A DNA stretch of 64,000 nt from the human T2T-CHM13v2.0 reference genome, Homo sapiens. This document shows positions 30,831 to 44,996 of this stretch, piece by piece. The translations under genes and the position numbers were made by a program. The notes under the pieces are model-generated. The model saw nothing but the letters and a program-made list of their open reading frames with translations. It was not told where the DNA came from and ran no database searches. Numbering within the stretch: the stretch's first letter is position 1; the number at the start of each line of letters is the position of its first letter. The stretch lies in assembly GCF_009914755.1 (NCBI RefSeq), contig NC_060928.1; one strand, written 5' to 3'.

Positions 30831-31143
30831 AACAAATTATAAACATATATAACATTGCAAAACTGTCTAAAAGGGAATGAAAGCTTTCCCCACTGTGTAA
30901 AGGTTGATCTCTGAGGAGTACACTTAACCTGGAGGTGATGAGTTGATTACAGAGATTTATTAGCACAGCGGGGGAATATGTAGGGGCCATCTCAGAACTG
31001 TGTTGACAAAGGCACAAACTAGCAAGAATACAGAGAGACTTCTTGGAAGGGAGGGATGGTGTCAGGGAGTAAGGACAGAGAGGGGAATGAGGTGGGTGAC
31101 AGAGTGGCAACATGTTTTTGTTGGACATAGGTCATTACATAGT

Positions 31144-31637
31144 ATGGTGGGAAGAATAACGAAGACTTCACCTCCCAATCCCTGGGATCTGTGAATGTGT
31201 CACCTTACATGGCAAAAGGAACTCTGAAGATTAAATCAAGGATTTGAAGATAGGGAACTTATCCTGAATTGTCTGGGTGTGTGCCATGTAATCATAAGGC
31301 TCCTTATTGGGGAAAGATGGAGGCAGGACCAGGAGAAAGGGAGATGTGATGATGGAAGCAGGGGTGTAAGTGATGCCTTTAATCTGGCTTTGAAGATAGA
31401 AGGGGCCACGAGCCAAAGAATGTGGGCAGCCTCCAGACACTGGAAAGGGTAAGCAAGTGAATTCTCTCATAGAGCCTCCTCTAAGGAACACAGTCTGTTG
31501 ACACATTGAGTTTAGCCCAGGCTGACTCATTTTGGACTTCTGACCTGCAGAACTGTGAGATAATAAACTTGTGTTGTTTTAAGCCAATAAGCTTATGGTA
31601 AATTTGTTACAGCAGCAATAGTAAACTAATTCCCACA
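31144..31637 (+). mobile_element. MaLR solo LTR (MLT1C/D-like)
   Basis: tgtgaatgtgtcaccttacatggcaaaagg...ggacttctgacct.cagaactgtgagataataaacttgtgttgttttaagcca...gttacagcagcaata. Confidence 0.87.
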
Positions 31638-33783
31638 GGAATCCAGGGGGCTTCCTTCTTGGTCCTCCTATGTGTCTGGCACAAATGAGAGGCCCTTGTT
31701 GTAGCTGACAAAGAGGGCCCTGTTACTCAAACCAGCAGTGCTGACACAGCAGAAACTGCTTCAGCACTGAAGCGAAGGAGCGTGGGCGGGAGGAGCCCCC
31801 GACTGTGTGGAGAGGGCTGGGGAGGCAGGTATTAGGATCCCTAGCATAAGAAGATTCATGGGAGTGGCTCAGAACCTTTCAAGGGGTGAGGAAGAAGGCA
31901 AAGACAAAAATGGGTGTGTGTGTTTCTGGGTTGAAAACAAACTAGCATTGTGTTCACTGCTTTATGTTCAGTCATAGAATCCCATTCGTTTTGAATTTCA
32001 AGCAACCTAATGGAAGCTTCAGATTTTGTTTATTAAAAAAATAAGTCAAATGATTTGACAAAAACAGAGCTAATGGATATGAAAGCCTGCCTGGGAATGG
32101 GACAGTTAGTGAGTCTCAGAGTAAATAAAGCAAATAAAGTCAACCCTTTAAAAATTTCCCCTTTGTTCTGGATCTGTTTTTCAACTCTAGAGTATTTTAA
32201 TCGAATCTCTTATATAATACTCAGAAGTCAGATGAGGACTTTTCTTCACCCATAAAACACCTGGAAAACCAACAATAGCATCATCGCTCAGGTATTATCT
32301 AAAAAAGTTCAATGGCATGACCCAAATCACCTCTATGGAGTGACAACGAGGTGGTTCCAGAGGGTATTTCCTCTGAAGAACAAACAGAATGGTGAACACA
32401 TCTACTTGGGGGCCTGAAGACACTAGCTATGCACAGACATTTCTGTCTGACTGTACTGATGACCAGCACGAGCAAAGGCAACCATGGCGGGAGCCTGGGG
32501 CATGGAGCATGTAGGGGGCAAGGCATAACCCCAGTTCCCTTTGCTCTGCGTCTCCCCAGGGGGTATAAATGTCTACATGCGTCCAGGGTCTGAGGTGGGG
32601 CAGATGAGTGGAAGTGAAGTAGCACTTAGGGTAGCATTTCCAGGTTGGTTTCCTCTCTCTTAATGAATCACAAGCCATGCCAGGGTCCCTCCTTCTCCTC
32701 CTCGGTTTTCATCCTAAGACTGTTCCCCACTCTTGACTTCCCAATACCAGGAAGTAGGGTCACTGTTTCAGTGCTTGTCCTCTCCAACGATATCGGACCT
32801 ACCTTAATCTTCACGTTTTAAGTGCTCTACTCCAAATGTCTGTAGCATTTAAATGTACAGCTTATCAAATATATTTAAAAGTTACTAGTGAGATACAAAA
32901 CTGGTAAAGTCAGTAGACTACAAAACTGGTAAAGTCAGTAGTCCCTTTGTAAGGCTATGTTAGGGCTGGCAAGGAAAATGCAAATACATTAACTTGAAAC
33001 ATCGTATTCAGGGACTTCTCCCAATGAAGAAATAGTTACAGAATGCTGATCAGTGATTTCCTCAAAAAACATAAAATAACACTAAATCAAAAAACAAAAC
33101 AAAACACACACAAAAAAACAACTAAAGGCCGGTTAAAAAAACCAATGAAAGGACCTTCTTATCCTAAGAAGAATGCTGCCAATGTCAGCAACCCTTGGAG
33201 CAGCGGTTCCTAGCCCTGGTGAACTGGTGCACAACAGAGACCTAGAAAAGGAAGGATGCCCGTGCTCCATTCAGATTTACTGTGTGAGAATCTCTAGGAG
33301 GAGGGCAAGGGTGAGTCTGTTTAAAAGACTTGACAGATGATTCTGAGCTGCAGTGAGAACTGTTCAACAGGATGGCTTACTTACAGCCTAGACGTCCCAT
33401 CATTCTTCCACAAAAGCTTTTGAATTTGGCTTAAAATTTCTAATCTGACTCAACTTTATCTAAAAATATGAGTATATATAGGATAGAAAAGTGTTTTTAA
33501 TGCCATGAAATTTAAGTTTTTGCTTTAAAAATATATATTTATATGCATGCATTATATATCTAATTAACATATGAAAATGTTTCCAACATGTCTTTCATTT
33601 CTTATTTTTCTATTTTTCTACTGTAGTATATTTTATGCCTTCCTATGTAAATAAAGATGAAACAGTTTGAATTTTTACTTGTGAATTAGTCTAATTTTAG
33701 AATTAAGAATGGCTTGATTTGAAGACTGCTAGAGTAAGAAAACTGAATTGAAAGAAATCTGAAAGAATTTAAAAAAATTTTTT

Positions 33784-33925
33784 TAGCCAGGCATGTGCCT
33801 GTAGTCCCAGCTACTCGGGAGGCTGAGGCGGGAGGATCACTTGAGCCCAGGAGCTAAGACTGCACCACTGCACTACAGCCTAAGCGACAGCAAGATTCCA
33901 TCTCTAAAATAAACTAAAAATAAAA
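33784..33925 (+). mobile_element. Partial Alu monomer with internal deletion
   Basis: ttagccaggcatgtgcctgtagtcccagctactcgggaggctgagg...cactgcactacagcc...tctctaaaataaa. Confidence 0.8.
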
Positions 33926-35983
33926 ATTTTAAATTGTTCATAAAGCTTGCCTCCCAGCTTCTCTAGCAGTTGCTGACCATCAGATGCGAAGAGTTTCTGG
34001 GGGGAAACAGTAATGTGTCAAGGTGGTTCCAGAGCTGAAGGGAGATGAAAGAAAGTCAGCTGCTAGAAAGAGGTTACCCTACTCTTAGCCTGCCTCCCAG
34101 GCATTTCCTAGTATCTTTTACAAGAGCTAGAAACCTTTACAGTAAAACTGGGTTCATTTTTTTGGTAAGAATTTGAGGGGCCGATTTTCATATTCTGAGT
34201 TCAGGGAGCAACTCTGTCTACTGTAGATGTTGAAATTATAACTGAGGTGGTCTGCAGGTAGGAAGGTGAGTGGGTTTTCTGCAAGACTGCTGGAGGCAGA
34301 GCTGCTCTTTCCAGACAGCACCCATGCAAGCATCAGTAGATAGCACAGGGCCATTTGATGGGACAGATGTACAAAGGGAGCATCTGGGATGAACCCACCA
34401 ATGTAGTGAGGGACACAGTCACATGAAGCCATCCTGAGATGCCTCTACCTTTTCCCAGTAGATAGAAGTCAAGGAGTTACAGATATCACTTTGAAGCAAA
34501 GAGAAAGAACTCTGGGGATTTGGGCCATTATCAACACTGAAGGCACTCTTTGAGTCTCTTTGCTAAATTTCCAGTGCTTATCAGATCTATAATAAATTTC
34601 TTCATTTTAAAGATTAGCTCCTAGAAAGAGCAAGGCCAGCGCCTACCTTCTTATTATCACCATCACAGCATTGCATGGGATGCCTGGCATGTCAGAGGCA
34701 TGTGATGGGTTTTTGCTGAATAAATGAATGGATTCATCAGAGATACACTTTTTAAACACTGTGATCCCCCTATACAAATTAATCTTAATATGAAAAATAA
34801 TTATATGATAACAATATACGCTTATTTTCATTCCCATTTAAAATATTTCACATTAGTACGCTGAAGGAAGAAGAACAATTACATTTTGGAGTTTCTTATT
34901 TTCATGACCTAAATCAGAAACTGCCTTCATATTGTAGTTAAGTATTCTTTTCAAAATAATGAAGCAGCACATTCTAGTGAAGCCATTTTTATTAGCTCTA
35001 CTAACTCGGCTTTTAAGAACCTCTCTGTCAAACTGTAAATCATCATTTTTTAAGCAGCAAATGAAGTGCTCAGCAAACACTTGACTCTTACTCCATCTTT
35101 ATTGCAATTTATTACAAATAACTTTTACTCTCCTTTATTAATCATGGTAATGAGTACGCATTTTATAATTTGACAAATCAATAGTTTTAAAATATGTTAG
35201 AATTGGGTTAGTGCCTTTTAAGGTATATTATCTGTCCAGAAAAATCATCATCTGAAAAGATACTAATGATATTGAATATCATACATTTACTACTAAGACT
35301 GAAGGACTGTTAGCTGAAGGAAAGTTAGCTGAATGGTTTTCGGTACATTCTAGAGCTGAGAACAGAGGACTTTATTGTAACATAAACAGCTTCTCCATCT
35401 TCACAATAACATAATTCAGTGTGAAAATGGGGAAAATAGGATGTCTGTTCAGAAAGCCAACAATAATCAGATCATTAGCCACTAGATTTGCAAATAAAAA
35501 AACATTAAGTTATATTCCTCAGTGGACACACCTATTCACAGAAAGTAAGTGAATGCAATGTTTACAACTTTGAGAAAAGTCTGAGGCGGATGACACCAGT
35601 CAATTCTCAGGGAGCAAGCAGATACTTTACCTAGGATGGCTGATCATCCCTTTCTGAGATGACTGAGTGTATTAACCTATGATGCTTGGTTGTAAGTGGT
35701 CTGTCCTCCCTTCCCTAATATCTCCATATCCCTCATCTCATCCCTCACCCCAGAACTTATCCTCAGTCTTGGGGCCTGGGGTCAGTGCTGGCATTTAGTA
35801 ACAGAGAACAATTTAGTTATAGAGATAATGTTCTACAAGAGAATGTCCACCTTACACATTAATTAGTAATTTTTTAAAGCTTCCGAGATATGCTTCATTT
35901 ATGCTTTTCTGTCTTGTTTTGGTTCGTGTGTTTTCAAAGTAGGCATAAGTAAAACGTTTTCGACTCCAAAATAAAGCCTTCAG

Positions 35984-36262
35984 GGCTGGGCGCAGTGGCT
36001 CACGCCTGTAATCCTAGCACTTTGAGAGGCCAAGGCGGGGGAATCCCTTGAGGCCAGGAGTTAGACACCAGTCTGGCAAACATGGTGAAACCCTCATCTC
36101 TACTAAAAATTAGCTGGGTGTGGCGGAGCACGCCTGTAATACCAGCTAGTTGGTAAGCTGAGGTATGAGAATCACTTGAACCCGGGAGGCGGAGGTTTCA
36201 GTGAGCTGAGAATGCGCCACCTCACTCCAGCCTGGGCAACAGAGTGAGACTCTGTCTGGAAA
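35984..36262 (+). mobile_element. Alu (AluS/J) nearly lacking its poly-A tail
   Basis: Dimer flanked by TSD aaagccttcag (35973-35983 and 36263-36273). Confidence 0.93.
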
Positions 36263-39200
36263 AAAGCCTTCAGTAGTTCTGTTCCAAGAAGCATGAAGCT
36301 AATATTTCGCTTTGATAATCTGCTTATTGAAAACTGATTTTTTTTCACTTTTAAATGTATGGATAACATAAAATACGTAAATAAAAATTAGGATATTGAA
36401 AATTTTGCCACGATTTCAAGGATGTTCTGCAATTAGCAGATGCCTGTAACTGTTATGGGTTTGTAGTAGAGATGTGTTTATTATACTCTGATTGTTACAG
36501 TCACAGTTCCTTTCTGAAAAATTGGGTCAAAATGTTTCTCAAAAGGTTCTCCCGCTTTCTACCAAAGGGCCCTGTGATCTGACCATACCAGCCTGGGTGA
36601 GGAAAGGGCAAGGGGTCAAAGGCAGACATTGTCTATATTCTCTCAGCCCAATCGGAAGCCCTGTTCTGGGTGGTGACTGACCAGTTAATCTGGACCCTCC
36701 TCTTGGGAATTTTGAATGCAGGACACTCAGGTGTCAATGACACTGAGAGATAGGCAGAGAGAATATATTAAGTAGAAACCTGTACTGAAAACCACGAGGA
36801 TGCAAAAGCAACATGTTAGGACAAAGAGAGGTAGAGTGAAAATAGCAGAAAGAAGCAGGTAAAAAAAAAAAAAACAAAAAAAAACAACAAAACAAAACAA
36901 AGAGAAAGTCCTAGAAATTGAAAGCCTCTTATATCCTGAGTGATATTCCAGCAGTTCACAAAGACTGTGCAATTATTAATACTGTAATAAAACTCCATTA
37001 TCTGCAGTGACCTGAAATAATGTAACAATGTGAGGTGTCATGAACAAAAACCACAAAACGATTTTAACAGAGTTAGCAGTTGTGTATTACAGAAAATATC
37101 AGTGAGTGTGTGAAACTGGGAGGTTGCTGGGGGTCCTGGCCCAAAGAGAACTGTGTATTGAGGATGCTACTTGGAAAGAGAAAGGACAGTTCGGATTATA
37201 GGTCTCTTGAGACCACCGAGGACAAATGACAAGATTTCCTATGCCCAAAAAGTCTGAAATGCTAAGCTCTCAGGCCCTTTAAGGAAGGCTAGAATGACAA
37301 TCTACCAGGACAGACTGCAGTGAAAAAGGTAAAGGAAAACTGAAAGCAACAGAGGGTATCTGTATACCCAATTTTTCCAACATCCCTGAATTTTATATTT
37401 AAAAAGACATAAGAAAAGCAGACTCCTTGGGTAAGCTCAGCAAGGCATGAGTGAGTTCATAAAACTGCATGTATTTCTGGGGAGGGATGAACATTGGCAT
37501 TCAATGCCTGCACTGCTTCTGTTCTAAGATGTCATCATTCACAAAATAAGACACCAATTTAATGAGAGTTTTGAAGGAAACTAACAAAAATTAGATGTAT
37601 ATATTGAGCGCAAATTATAATCACAAGAGTTAAAATTTAAAAGAAAAAAAGTCTTTAAAAGAGATACAGCAAATTCTTTTAAATTCTATCTGCTTTAGAG
37701 CCAATCCTTAATTTCCTCCATGAAATTCTGCAGTGTAAAAACACCAGTTGTTTAATTCAACAGTTATATTACTATGACAATTAATATGGCTTAATTTATA
37801 TGTGAAGATGCAAAAACCACACTTTCACTGACTTATAAAAATTTATTCTTTCCCAACTTTACTGTTCAAAAGTCCCATTGAAATTCTTATTGTCTATAAG
37901 CAAGGAGAATGGAAAGAAAAAAAATCTGAGGAATAGTATCTCTTTTATAAAACTCAATACACTTGGGCTTTCTAAACTTCTACAACTACTGCATATCCTG
38001 CCTTGGGAGACCCTTTAAAGACATAAAAATTGTTTCTCTTATTGGATTTCAGATATTAAACCTATTCTCTTGCTGGTGTTGATCCTGTAATTTCTCTCAC
38101 CAGACCCACACTGTGAGTTTTGCAGGTGACCATGCCAACTAGTTGTAACAAGTTGCTGGCAGGTAAAGCCAATTTTCTTCAAGTAAAAAGATCTCTCTCT
38201 GGGTTTGCTGTGGCAGTCATGATTCTTTAATTCTTTGGTCTCTGGGTCTTTTGTTTTCTGCTCACTTCTACATTTCAGTTTTTAAAAGTATTGCACAGCA
38301 GGTAACTTACTGATGGCTTTTTTAAAAAATCTTTTTTCCTCCTTCCTGTTCAGGGATAACTCCTTTGGCCATCTGTGTGTCTTTATCTCTTCTGCTTACT
38401 AACACTGTTAGTGTTAATGCTTCTCTTTTTAGTTCAAAATTATGAGCTTTTTTCTTTAAATTTCATAAAATATGCTCATATTATTAATAAACTAGAAAGG
38501 AGATAAGAAAAAAATGCAGTCATAATGTTACTTCACTAGCAAACCATCTTTGGTGTTCTAACATTTCCTTCTAGTCTTTTGACTCATGCAAACCTTTTAG
38601 TGTGGTCGTAATCACAGAGTAAGTGACCTAAATAATTTTGCATACTAATTTTGTATTATTAGTTTCTTTTTTCAGAAGCTGTTCTATGTTGTTATAAATT
38701 TTCATGGCCATAATTTTATTGGCCCGTTAATATTGCATTATGTGGATGTATTCTAATATAAGTGTTTTCCCCACTGTGGTTCCATTGTTATCAGTAATGT
38801 ACAAGAGCATCTGTTTTAGTGAATGATTCCCAGTATTGGCGTTGTTTCCCTTCCCTCTTCCCCTAGTTGCCTTCTCTCCAACCCTCAAAAGCAACCATGA
38901 TGTCTGCTGTTGCTCCTGCTTCCTGTGTCTTAGATCCTTCTCGCTTTTCCTGTGACGTGTCCCACTCTAGGAGGGAAAGGGGGAACGTGATATGGCCACC
39001 TTTACAGGATCCTGCTAAACTCAGTGATTTCTGAGATTAAGGAAAACTACAGATACTTGTTGGAAGTACATTGGAACCAGAATTAGGAACCAGTTTCAGA
39101 AATATGCTGTGGCTTGTAAAGTCTACCTTTTTAAAGTTACAGGAAGCATGATTTTAGTATTTTAGTGTCTTCACTAAAGGAATGTGAAAGAGGACTTCAA

Positions 39201-40664
39201 GTCCTATCGAAATGTGAAGTGAGAGGGGTAGTTTAGAAAGAAGGGAAGAGGACTAATTAGGATCCTTACACTGTATTTTTCAAGTATCTAATGATACTAT
39301 CTTGGACTCCAAATTCCTTATCTGTAAAATGGGAGGACTGGAATAGGAAAAACTCTATGATCCCCTCTATATTCTATGGCCAGGGGGCAGTCAAGCTAGA
39401 AACCCTTCAAAGGACTCATTCTTGGTCTAACGGCTGGCTAAATTTAGTGCTATGCTTTACATATTTTAGGAAAAGCTCTAAAAGGCATGTATAGACCACT
39501 CCCTTCAGAACACTGGTAAAAGTGAAGTGAATTAATTCCTTTGAAAAAAGCTACACAAAGCAGAAAATTCTCATGTACAGAGAGCCACGGGGCTTTTTTA
39601 GATCCACTAATGTGGGCTATAGCAAGAGTGGCAGGCTCAGCTTAGAGTCAAAGAACTGTTATTTTCCTTTCAATTTATCTGTTGACATTCTCACATCTTC
39701 TGCTGTATTTTCCTTTGCATGCTGCCTACAGCCCAGCAGGATTTTAAGGAAAAAGAATAGTACTAGTGGCAGGAGGGAGGGAGTGGGTCTAGAGAAATGG
39801 GAAGAGGCACATTCTATAGCTTTAATTTCTGAGAGATACAAATCTATGCACTCTTTATTCTTCCTTCCTCCCACATTGTAAAGGAGAGGCCAGTTTGGGG
39901 ACATGATTAGGACTACATGCTAACCAACTAATCAGATAGGAAAAAAATATTCTCTAGTATTTTGGATTTTATTCCAGGAGTCATGATCATTTGCTAAAAG
40001 AAAAGGTCTTCCAAGTATTACACTATGTTGCCATATGCCTCAAAAGAGATAGTAAAGAAGAAGGCGGGTAAAAGAAACTGGACCACTTTGCTTTGCTAAG
40101 AAAACAGCGGTGAGATCGAGACATGCATAAAAGGGTTTTAATTCATGTTTTTAATTTTAGAAATTGCTTCACATTAGAAGTTAAACTTCACATTCTCTTT
40201 TTTAAGTGTAAGATTGCTGGTGTTTCTTTTTCCCAAATTGAAACTAAAAGCAAGACTTCGAAATAAATCATAAAAGAAAAAAAATTACAATGTACACAAC
40301 TGGACAACTAATAAAAGTTAATTATTTAATTCATGAACCAGAAGTGGTTAAATTATAACTTAAACCTAAAGTAAATATTGCTTTCATAAATACCAGTTTT
40401 CACTCTGCCCATTTTTGACTCACCTACTTTTTTAAAGGACCTCAAGATTCAGAGTGAGCTTTTTTCAGCAAGATTTTTTACCAAAACCCATAAAACCTAT
40501 CCTGTATAGGCAGAAAACAGTAACAAATTATGTGAATTTTGTATCACATACCGTGCCAAACCTCACTTATAGATAACTGCAGATGCCAGCTAAACACTTG
40601 TACCATGGCTGTTTTTAAAAGATAGCTGAGCCACTTTGCCTACAGGGGACCTGCTGAGTGAGGC

Positions 40665-41675
40665 CAGGCATAGGCTTTGCTGCCAGCAACAGAGATCTAG
40701 GTTCTGGCTCTGCTACTTCCTGGCTTGGTGGCCTTGGGCAAGCTTTTATTACTATTATTATTATATTTTAAGTTCTAGGGTACATGTGCACAACGTGCAG
40801 GTTTGTTACCTAGGTATATATGTGTCATGTTGGTTTGCTGCACCCATCAACTCGTCATATACATTAGGTATTTCTCCTAATGCTATACCTCCCCCTCTGC
40901 CCCCAACTCCACAACAGGCCCCAGTGTGTGATGTTCCCCACCCTATGTCCAAGTGTTCTCATTGTTCAATTCCCACCTATGAGTGAGAACATGTGGTGTT
41001 TGGTTTTCTGTCCTTATGATAGTTTGCTGAGAATGATGGTTTCCAGCTTCATCCATGTCCCTGTAAAGGACATGAACTCATCCTTTTTTATGGCTGCATA
41101 GTATTCCATGGTGTATATGTGTCACATTTCCTTAATCCAGTCTATCATTGATGGACATCTGGGTTGGTTCCAAGTCTTTGCTATTGTGAATAGTGCCGCA
41201 ATAAACACATGTGTGCATGCGCCTTTAAAGTAGCATGATTTATAATCCTTTGAGTATATACCCAGTAATGGGATAGCTGGGTCAAATGGTATTTCTAGTT
41301 CTAGTTCCTTGAGGAATCGCCACACTGTCTTCCACAATGGTTGAACTAGTTTACACTCCCACCAACAGTGTAAAAGCATTCCTATTTCTCCGCATCCTCT
41401 CCAGCATCTGTTGTTTCCTGACTTTTTAATGATGGCCATTCTAATTGGTGTGAGATGATATCTCACTGTGGTTTTGATTTGCATTTCTCTGATGACCAGT
41501 GATGATGATTTTTAACCTCCATGCCTCCATTAACTCGCTTGTAAAATGGACACATGAAGAGTATGTATCTCATAGTGTTGCTGTGAGGTTTAAGTGGGAC
41601 AGTGCATATAATGGGCTCAGCAGAGTGCTCAGAGCACAGCAAGCCCTCAAAAATGCCAATTGTTTATTCATGTAT
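40665..41675 (+). mobile_element. MIR split by an L1PA insertion
   Basis: ctggctctgctactt..tggc..ggccttgggcaag continues after the L1 as ttaacctccatgcctc...tgtaaaatgg...gttgctgtgaggtttaagtgg. Confidence 0.7.
40745..41507 (-). mobile_element. 5'-truncated L1PA 3' end (~760 bp)
   Basis: ORF 41122..41484(-) is the ORF2p C-terminus ([23 protein letters not shown]); 3'UTR and (tta)n tail lie at the left end. Confidence 0.95.
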
Positions 41676-41827
41676 TCAATCAATAGCCAGTGAACACCAA
41701 ACTTTGTGCCCTGTACTGTTGCAGTCACCGAGGATAAGGCAACAAATAAAAAACAATTCCTCCTCTGATGGAATGTATAGTTCAACAGAAAATAATACCT
41801 AATAATTTCTTACTATTATTGCTAAAC

Positions 41828-42035
41828 CAGTAATGCTCCATGGCCCCAAGGGGACATTTGGTAAAGTCTGGAGATATTTTTAGTTGTCACAACTGGAGGA
41901 GAGTGAACTGCCGCAGGTATCTAGTAGGTAGAGACCAGGGACACTGATAAACACCCTACTATGCACAGGACAGTCCTCTACAACAAGAACTATCAGGCCC
42001 AAAATGTCAACTGTGCAGACATTAAGAAATCCTGT
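41828..42035 (-). mobile_element. MER20
   Basis: ggggacatttgg..aagtctggagatatttttagttgtcacaactgg...tatctagtaggtagagaccaggga...caaaatgtcaa. Confidence 0.8.
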
Positions 42036-42095
42036 TTTAAGTTACTGACTGAGTTAATCCTTAGAACACCCTATGAGGTAAGAATGATAAGGATA

Positions 42096-42393
42096 GGCTG
42101 GGTGCGGTAGCTCACGCCTGTAATCCCAGCACTTTGGGAGGACAAGGTGGGCGGATCACAAGGTCAGGAGTTCGAGACCAGCCTGGCCAACATGGTGAAA
42201 CCCCAACTCTACTAAAAATACAAAAAAAAAAAAAATTAGCTTGGTGTAGTGGCGGGCACCTGTAATCTCAGCTACTCGGGAGGCTGAGGCAGGAGAATCG
42301 CTTGAACCCGGGAGGCGGAGGTTGCAGTGAGCATGCCATTGCACTCCAGCCTGGGTGACAAGAGCAAGACTCTGTCTCACAAAAGAAAAAAAA
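42096..42393 (+). mobile_element. Alu (AluS)
   Basis: Full dimer with TSD aagaatgataaggata on both sides. Confidence 0.96.
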
Positions 42394-42779
42394 AAGAATG
42401 ATAAGGATAGGCATTTTATTTTTATAGTAACCAATAGTAACCATATATTACAGCGTGAATAAGACTATACATTTCATATACATATTTACAACAATATTTA
42501 TATATTTTATGTAATATATGCTATTATTTGTAAAGTACTCTACACATTATATAAAGATACATTAAAACATACCTTCCTAGCAAGTGCTTTTTTAAAAAAA
42601 TCAACTGATGGATTTTATAAAATAGATTGAGTTTACTTTACAACCAATGGCTGTACCCTTGTGTCATCTAGATTTTAAATTATTAATAATCTCTCCTGAT
42701 TCTCACTCACATACTACAGAGGGTAATCTTTTGGGCCACATCTGCAATGATTCCAATATCAGACAAGGGGACATGGTGG

Positions 42780-43232
42780 TGCACTAGAGACACCAGAAAA
42801 GGAGCTCAGAAGTTCAAAATCTAGTTTAATTATCTCACTGCCTGGGCAAGCCACTTAACTTCTCTGGGCACCAGAGGCCCACCATTACCAAAACATGGGG
42901 CCATAATGCCTTTGCTGGGGATTCAGAGGTTGGTAGGATAAAATGAGATAATGTGTGAAAGCACTACGGAAGCCACAACGAACCACCCCACATTCACCAC
43001 CTCCGCCACTGCCAACTAACACACACTCAGTAATCGCTTTCTTCTCACCATACATTTACTCATCAAATCTCATCACAGTCTGAGAGGTAGGTATGCTGAT
43101 CAATGCAATGTGAGGAAAAAGAAACTGGAGCACAAAGAAAGGATAACTTGCCTGAGGTTACAAGGTCAGTGAGTGACAGAGCAATGGCTCCCACCCACAC
43201 AGTCTAGTTCCAGGGCATGCCCCCTTAGCCAG
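42780..43232. mobile_element. Two oppositely oriented MIR fragments
   Basis: ctgggcaagccacttaacttctctggg...aaatgagataatgtgtgaaagcac (+), then gagaggtaggtat...gaaactggagcaca...taacttgcctgaggttaca (-). Confidence 0.6.
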
Positions 43233-44908
43233 TGTGGCCCTCTCTCTGATTTGGTGTTGGTACTTGGAGCACGTCCTCACATTAGCAGTAAGGCCAAGCT
43301 CACTGTTCTCTTGATTTCTAGGAGTTGCTCTACTCTGTAGGAAGTCCTGTTTACTCCCTGGTCCTGATCAGCCAGCCAGTTAATTCATTGATCAAAGCAA
43401 AGAAGAATGAAGTCTCATTTAATTAGTTTTTTGAACTACTTTTTTTTTAATAGGCAATATGGGTACACAACACATGCTTCCATCACAATACAAAATTCAA
43501 AGGCACAGAAGGATCTACAGTGACAATTAGTTTTCCTTATCGCATCTTCTAGCTACCCAAGTCCTCTCTGTAGAGATGACCACCACTACTAGCATCTCAT
43601 ACATCATTCCAGAAATGTTCTATACAATATGCTTTCTAAAATAGCATATTTTGTATGCTATGAGTTGTATATCTATTTTACAACCTGATTTTTTTTGACT
43701 AAATACTACTTGGGAGATCAGTCCACATTAGTATATACAGAGTTCCCTTTATTTTTATTAATGTCTGAAGAGTATTCTGTAATTTATTTAATCCATCCTC
43801 AACAGATGAATATTTAATAAATTTCTGATATTTAACAACACCACAATGAGTATTTAATGTAGAGATCATTTCTAGCATTGCAAGAATATATATAGGATAA
43901 ATTCCTAAAAGTGGAATTGTTGAGTCCAAGGCATGTGCCTTTTAACATTTTATTGAAATAGCCAAATTGCTCTCCATAGGGGTTGTACCAATTTATTCTC
44001 CCACCTGAAATGCAGGAGATCATCAATGAGTTTAACTTTATTTCCATACTCTCATCAAACAGTGTCATAAAAATGTTTTATCCTTGTCAAAAAAAATAAC
44101 ATCTCATTACATTTTTAATTTGCATTTCTATTATAATGATTAGATTTAGAATCTTTTCATGTGTTTCAAGAACCAATTGTATTTCTTTTATCTGCAATTG
44201 TTCTGTTCATATCCTTTACCCATTTTTTTAATGAGTTGGGTTTTATTTTCTTATAAAATTATAGGAGCTCTTTATCTGTGAGAAAAATTAACCCTTTGTC
44301 TATAAGTTGTATTTCCTCCAGTTTCATATTGTTTAAGGCCTTTGCAGTAATATTTGATTTGTAAGTAATGTTCATTTTCTCAACTTTTTGCTTTTATAGC
44401 TTCTGAGTTTATTTCATATAGTCATCTTTCAGCATCCTCAGGGGATTGGTTCCAGGAAAACTTATCCCCTGCTCTGAGATACCAAAGTCCATGAATTCTC
44501 AGGTCTCTCATATAAAATGGCACAGTATTGTACATAATCTATTTTTTTCCTCATAAGTTATTGGGGTACAGGTGGTATCTGGTTACATGAATAAGTTCTT
44601 TAGTGGTGATTTGTGAGATTTTGGTGCACCCATCATCCAAGCAGTATACACTGCACCATATTTGTAGTAGTCTTTTATCCCTTACCCCCCTCCCACTCTT
44701 CCCCCCAAGTCCCCAGAGTCCAGTGTATCATTCTTATGCCTTTGCGTCCTCATAGCTTAGCTCCCACATACCAGTGACAACATACGATGTTTGGTTTTCC
44801 ATTCTTGAGTTACATCACTTAGAATAATACTCTCCAATCTCATCCAGGTCACTGCAAATGCTGTTAATTCATTCCTTTTTATGTCTGCATAGTATTCCAT
44901 CATACTGA

Positions 44909-44918
44909 TGTGTGTATG

Positions 44919-44953
<35 letters not shown>

Positions 44954-44996
44954 AAACTGTGATATATATATATGATATATGTGATATGTATATATC
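44909..44996. repeat. (TA)n/(TG)n microsatellite in the L1PB 3' region
   Basis: tgtgtgtatgtatgtatatatata... run of alternating TA. Confidence 0.9.

Noticed and set aside
36520-37010. Possible old ERVL LTR (LTR16/33-like)
   Set aside because: Only vague motif resemblance; termini could not be defined without a Dfam search.
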